A stretch of DNA of 64,000 nt from Octopus vulgaris (Eukaryota), in contig OX597817.1 in the NCBI GenBank assembly GCA_951406725.2, forward strand, positions 81,344,001-81,408,000, in the 5' to 3' direction. Made by a program: the position numbers and the translations under genes. Every line of letters begins with the position of its first letter. The first letter of the stretch is position 1. Of the stretch, positions 61,001 through 64,000 are shown piece after piece. The notes under the pieces were generated by a model that saw only the letters and a list, made by a program, of their open reading frames with translations, had not been told where the DNA came from and did not search any database.

Positions 61001-62243
61001 TGCCAATGATTTAGAATAAGAAGCTAATCTTTAGGTGTTGTAAATTATGTTGGTATATTTTTGAGTATTGGCTAAAGAACAAGAAACTGTGAGGCTGTGC
61101 CTTATAATGAATTGAATGCGAAATAATACATAAAATCAATTGAAAACATACTGGATAGAGTTTTTGCAACACCGGTAACACGGGTCGAGAACAACCATCT
61201 GAAAAAAAAAATAATACAGTATAGGTACTTAGTGAAATATTGCAAAATATATAACTCATAGTATGCAAAGTCTCAAAATTTTTTCGTTTGTTTGTTTTTT
61301 CTACCCGTGCTAGCGCGGAAAACGGACGTTAAACGACGATGATGATGATATCTGTTTCTCCATGCTAGCATGAGTTAGCTTTATTTTATTGAGAAATAGT
61401 TTTACAGATGAATACTCTTCCTGTCACCAACTCTTGTCTGTTTTTTAAATAAGGAATCACTCAATAGACAAATCTTTGAAGGCATGAAGCAAGCAGATGA
61501 TTTGTTGGCAGAAGACATGACAACAGAATAAACACTGCTTGATGTCAGCGACTTCAGGAAAATTAAAGAGAAAAAGATTTATAATGGTGAAAATAAAAAT
61601 CTATCTAATAGCAAAATTGTCACAAGAAATCTTTGATAATGCAACATTAGTAAAAACAGGACAAAGTTTATGTTATGCTTCCTTTCAACTGTGTAGTTAG
61701 AGTAAGAAAGTACACCAATTAGTTATGTTATTTCAAACTTTATGAAAATCTCCCTGTATTTGTGAGGGTGGTGGTGGTGTTTAAGCTCTAAGTTGGCCCT
61801 AATTGAGCAGATCTATGATCAAAAGCATCCCTGCTGTGATCAAAGAGATGTATCAAGTGTATCTGGGACTCTTTATATCTTTAAAATGGCAGAGTATGAT
61901 TCAAGGGAAATTTGGCTGCTTCTCTAGCAGATCGATTAGTCAGACAGAGAGTATCCTGTTTTCTAGAGTTGAAAAACAGAATAAATGAAATGGCATTATC
62001 AACAAAGAACACACAATGAAATGGAAAAAAAAACTCAAACTACATTTCAAATTCACAGAAGAGAATAAACAAATGATTATATATATATATATATATATAT
62101 AAAAATGTACTTACATTGTAGATAGTGAATGACCATGAGACCTAACGAGTAACTTGATATTGTTTGCTTCCGAGCATCATTGATGTCATGAAAACGGGAC
62201 CAGTATTTAATGAAGAGGACTAGAGGTCGTACACGCCAATCCA
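51889..62243 (-). CDS. TENT2: GLD-2/TENT2 (PAPD4)-like non-canonical poly(A) polymerase, last five coding exons (5' part beyond window end)
   Basis: Minus-strand exons 62243-62115, 61198-61152, 55865-55732, 52912-52806, 52028-51889 splice in frame (GT-AG): DWRVRPLVLFIKYWSRFHDINDARKQTISSYSLGLMVIHYLQ...PVLPVLQKLYP...SLGDLYIGFLKYYA...ISVR...WKYLSIEEPFDLSNTARAV..., matching GLD-2 central and PAP-associated domains as recalled. NTARAV lacks the His of TUT4/7. Confidence 0.9.
52806..52912 (-). CDS. TENT2: GLD-2 exon: FKSSAISVRTGTKLPVEEVKLKVDTPQQWKYLSIE(E)
   Basis: Minus strand acag|T ... GAAG|gtaaa. Confidence 0.92.
54029..54844 (+). mobile_element. Non-autonomous Helitron 1 of a tandem pair
   Basis: A|TCaatatctataaagctgaa (5' end like 4049); imperfect hairpin acccacacgtagagcgggt then CTAG at 54841-54844. 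Confidence 0.7.
54845..55396 (+). mobile_element. Non-autonomous Helitron 2 of a tandem pair
   Basis: TCtactatatat start; imperfect hairpin cccaggaatcaccggg then CTAG|T at 55393-55397. Confidence 0.7.
55732..55865 (-). CDS. TENT2: GLD-2 exon: DVFSIKNDISSLRLDEDLPLYESQNTDSLGDLYIGFLKYYALDF(D)
   Basis: Minus strand gcag|GAT ... TTGA|gtaagc. Confidence 0.92.
56597..57889 (+). mobile_element. Near-complete mariner (DD34D) element, 1293 bp, antisense in a GLD-2 intron
   Basis: TA flanks; about 37-bp imperfect TIRs (tgaggggcgttcaataagtaatacccctgacccactt / aagtgggtcaggagcattacttattgaacgtccctcg). Confidence 0.95.
56764..57816 (+). pseudogene. Mariner transposase, 350 codons with one in-frame TGA at 57709-57711
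   Basis: TQDETW, QDNA, PYSPHLAPSDF with D34D spacing; frame continues LKDQAGVFYKNGLQRCIKRWEKCVTLGGFYVEKD*. Confidence 0.92.
58245..58683 (+). mobile_element. Young SINE family B copy with internal tandem repeats of about 60 bp
   Basis: Units aaacaccatccgagcgtggccgtc...cacctgtgtcggtggcaca; CpGs retained; (GAT)n tail. Confidence 0.85.
59443..59707. repeat. Local tandem duplication of about 130 bp
   Basis: gacattctt..aaaaattgcagacatg.ccaaagcatggacaaaaatcaa at 59443 and 59572, plus repeated tataaagat..aaaaaa..tagtgtttgattttt. Confidence 0.8.
60470..60946. mobile_element. pogo-like MITE, copy 2
   Basis: Same TIRs and TA TSD as 22749-23271. Confidence 0.88.
61152..61198 (-). CDS. TENT2: GLD-2 exon: (Y)GCSRPVLPVLQKLYP
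   Basis: Minus strand ttcag|AT ... CCA|gtatgt. Confidence 0.9.
62115..62243 (-). CDS. TENT2: GLD-2 exon: DWRVRPLVLFIKYWSRFHDINDARKQTISSYSLGLMVIHYLQ
   Basis: Minus strand ttag|TG ... CAAT|gtaagt. Confidence 0.93.
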
Positions 62244-63610
62244 CTAAACAGAAATGATTACATTATGATAATTTCTTTCCATCTGAGTGAATAAGTTCTT
62301 ATTTCTAGTGTTGTAAAAACAACTAATACTGATAACTATTACATACAATTTAATTTATTCAATGACCATTAAAAAAAAAAAAGAAATAAAAATATATACA
62401 CATAAGAAAAAAAAATGTAAATCAATTAGAAGATGCTAATTTTTCAGAGAGATGAAACAGATTTTAATATTTGTATCTACACTAAGGTAGCAAGCTGGCA
62501 GAATCATTAGCATGCTGGGTGAAATGCTTAGCAGCATTTCATCTGCCTTCACATTCAGCCTAAGTCAACTTTGCTTGTCATTTTTTTGGGGTGAGTGTAA
62601 TAACTAACTAACTGAACACTAGTGAGGTCAATGTAATTGACTTACCCTTCCCCATTAGAAATTGCTGTATACCAAAATGTGAAACTAATATTTGTGTCTT
62701 CACTAAATTTTTATAGGTCTGATCTCTGACATTCATTGGCAGCTTGCTCTTAGAGAAACTTTATTTCTGAGCTAGGGGATATGGTAGTGGAAGAGAAATA
62801 ATGTGGTGACTCCGGAAGGTGATCAATATAGAATGTGAGAGGAGAGGGCAGTATTAAAAATGAAAGATGGAAATGATTCTACCACCAAATATCTCTTACT
62901 CCTCATTCAATACCCTTGCCCCACACTAACAACCTACCCAACCAAACACCATCGCTCTTCTCTTTTTTTCTCTTATTCTTTTCCTGTCAACTATATTATA
63001 ACTATTACTATTCTGCTGTTCTCCAACCTCACCCTTTTCTGCACTATCAGTCATTTCCCCTCCACTTCCTCCTTTCAAAACAACTGTATCATTGGTTACA
63101 GCTGCTACCCTCTTCATCATCCCTCAACACTTGCTCTTCATTATATTCACCCCGAACTAATCCCTCTCTCAATCGCCCATAATTTCATGCAACCTCTGCC
63201 CATCCACACCACCTGTTTTCAAGTCCCTACTCACTTCTCACCGCATATTTTGAGGGCCCACCTTGATATCTCATCACCAGTACTTTTACCATTTCCCAGC
63301 TTTGTCCATGCAATTCCCACCCACTCTTCTATGTGAGTGGCCATGTAGCTCCTCTACACCAAGAAACCGGTTCCATTCTGGTCCCTTCTCTTTCACTTTA
63401 ATCCCCCATCCCACAGCTTAAAGTCAAGACTATAGTTTTGCAGACTGCATGGCAACCTCACAAGTGCTGATGACACCAAAATAGCAGCAACTACATTCTG
63501 CAAATTGGTTAGCATTAGGAAGGGCATCCAGCTGTAGACACCATGCCAAAGTAGACATTGCTGTCTGATGCAGACTTCAGATCCACTGCATCCCATCAAA
63601 CTGTCTAAAT

Positions 63611-63911
63611 TAAGCCTGACCAACTCAAATTACATTGCAGGCCACTTTAATCACAGAAAGGTTTTTGAGGGCCACTTATATACTTTATGCACTAATAGGC
63701 AAATAAATTACAGAATCAAGAATTTTTCACACTTTTCGTTTCTTTAAAATTAAAATTGTAGGCTATTGCTTTATTGCCACGAATAAATTTTTAATTTATT
63801 TTGAAACAAATGTTTTACACAAACAGTTTTATTTTGAAATTAAACACAATACTTCAAGAAAGTATCAAGCAGGCTGCATGCAGTCTGCAGGCCTCAGGTT
63901 GGCCAGCCCTG
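63611..63911. mobile_element. hAT-type MITE nested in a SINE B copy
   Basis: Near-identical 8-bp TSD gtctaaat (63603-63610) / gtctaaac (63912-63919); end ggttggccagccctg; SINE B resumes after it. Confidence 0.65.
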
Positions 63912-64000
63912 GTCTAAACCATGCTAGCATGGAACATGGATGTTAAATGATACTGATGTAAGGGATAATAATGCTATTTTGTATTAAATCACTGATATAT

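Noticed and set aside
62860-63336. 158-aa + strand ORF
   Set aside because: C/T-biased low-complexity sequence in a GLD-2 intron with no recognisable domain; at most a very old retroelement remnant

Overview
AT-rich, repeat-dense eukaryotic DNA; the SINE and microsatellite landscape suggests an octopus/cephalopod genome (inference). Two convergent, intron-rich genes were assembled by hand. On +, xylulose kinase (XYLB): 18 coding exons from 12825 to the stop at 46955, 510 aa, all GT-AG and phase-consistent; the first exon (about 20 aa) was not found and is probably upstream. On -, the last five coding exons (62243 to the stop at 51889) of a GLD-2/TENT2-type cytoplasmic poly(A) polymerase. Introns hold tRNA-type and RTE-tailed SINEs, RTE and Tx1 LINE remnants, Tc1/mariner elements (one near-complete 1293-bp mariner), pogo, hAT and piggyBac-type MITEs, non-autonomous Helitrons and Penelope-like remnants. 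Most supplied ORFs are microsatellite artefacts. Main hunt results: several minimal hammerhead-ribozyme motifs in palindromic Penelope-type inserts within the XYLB transcription unit, with a hint that sense copies are preferentially broken or occluded; a XYLB exon starting with GTAAGT (candidate recursive splice site); a retroelement tail abutting a splice acceptor; long intronic dsRNA-forming repeats; and a mariner ORF interrupted by one in-frame TGA at a probable Trp position.
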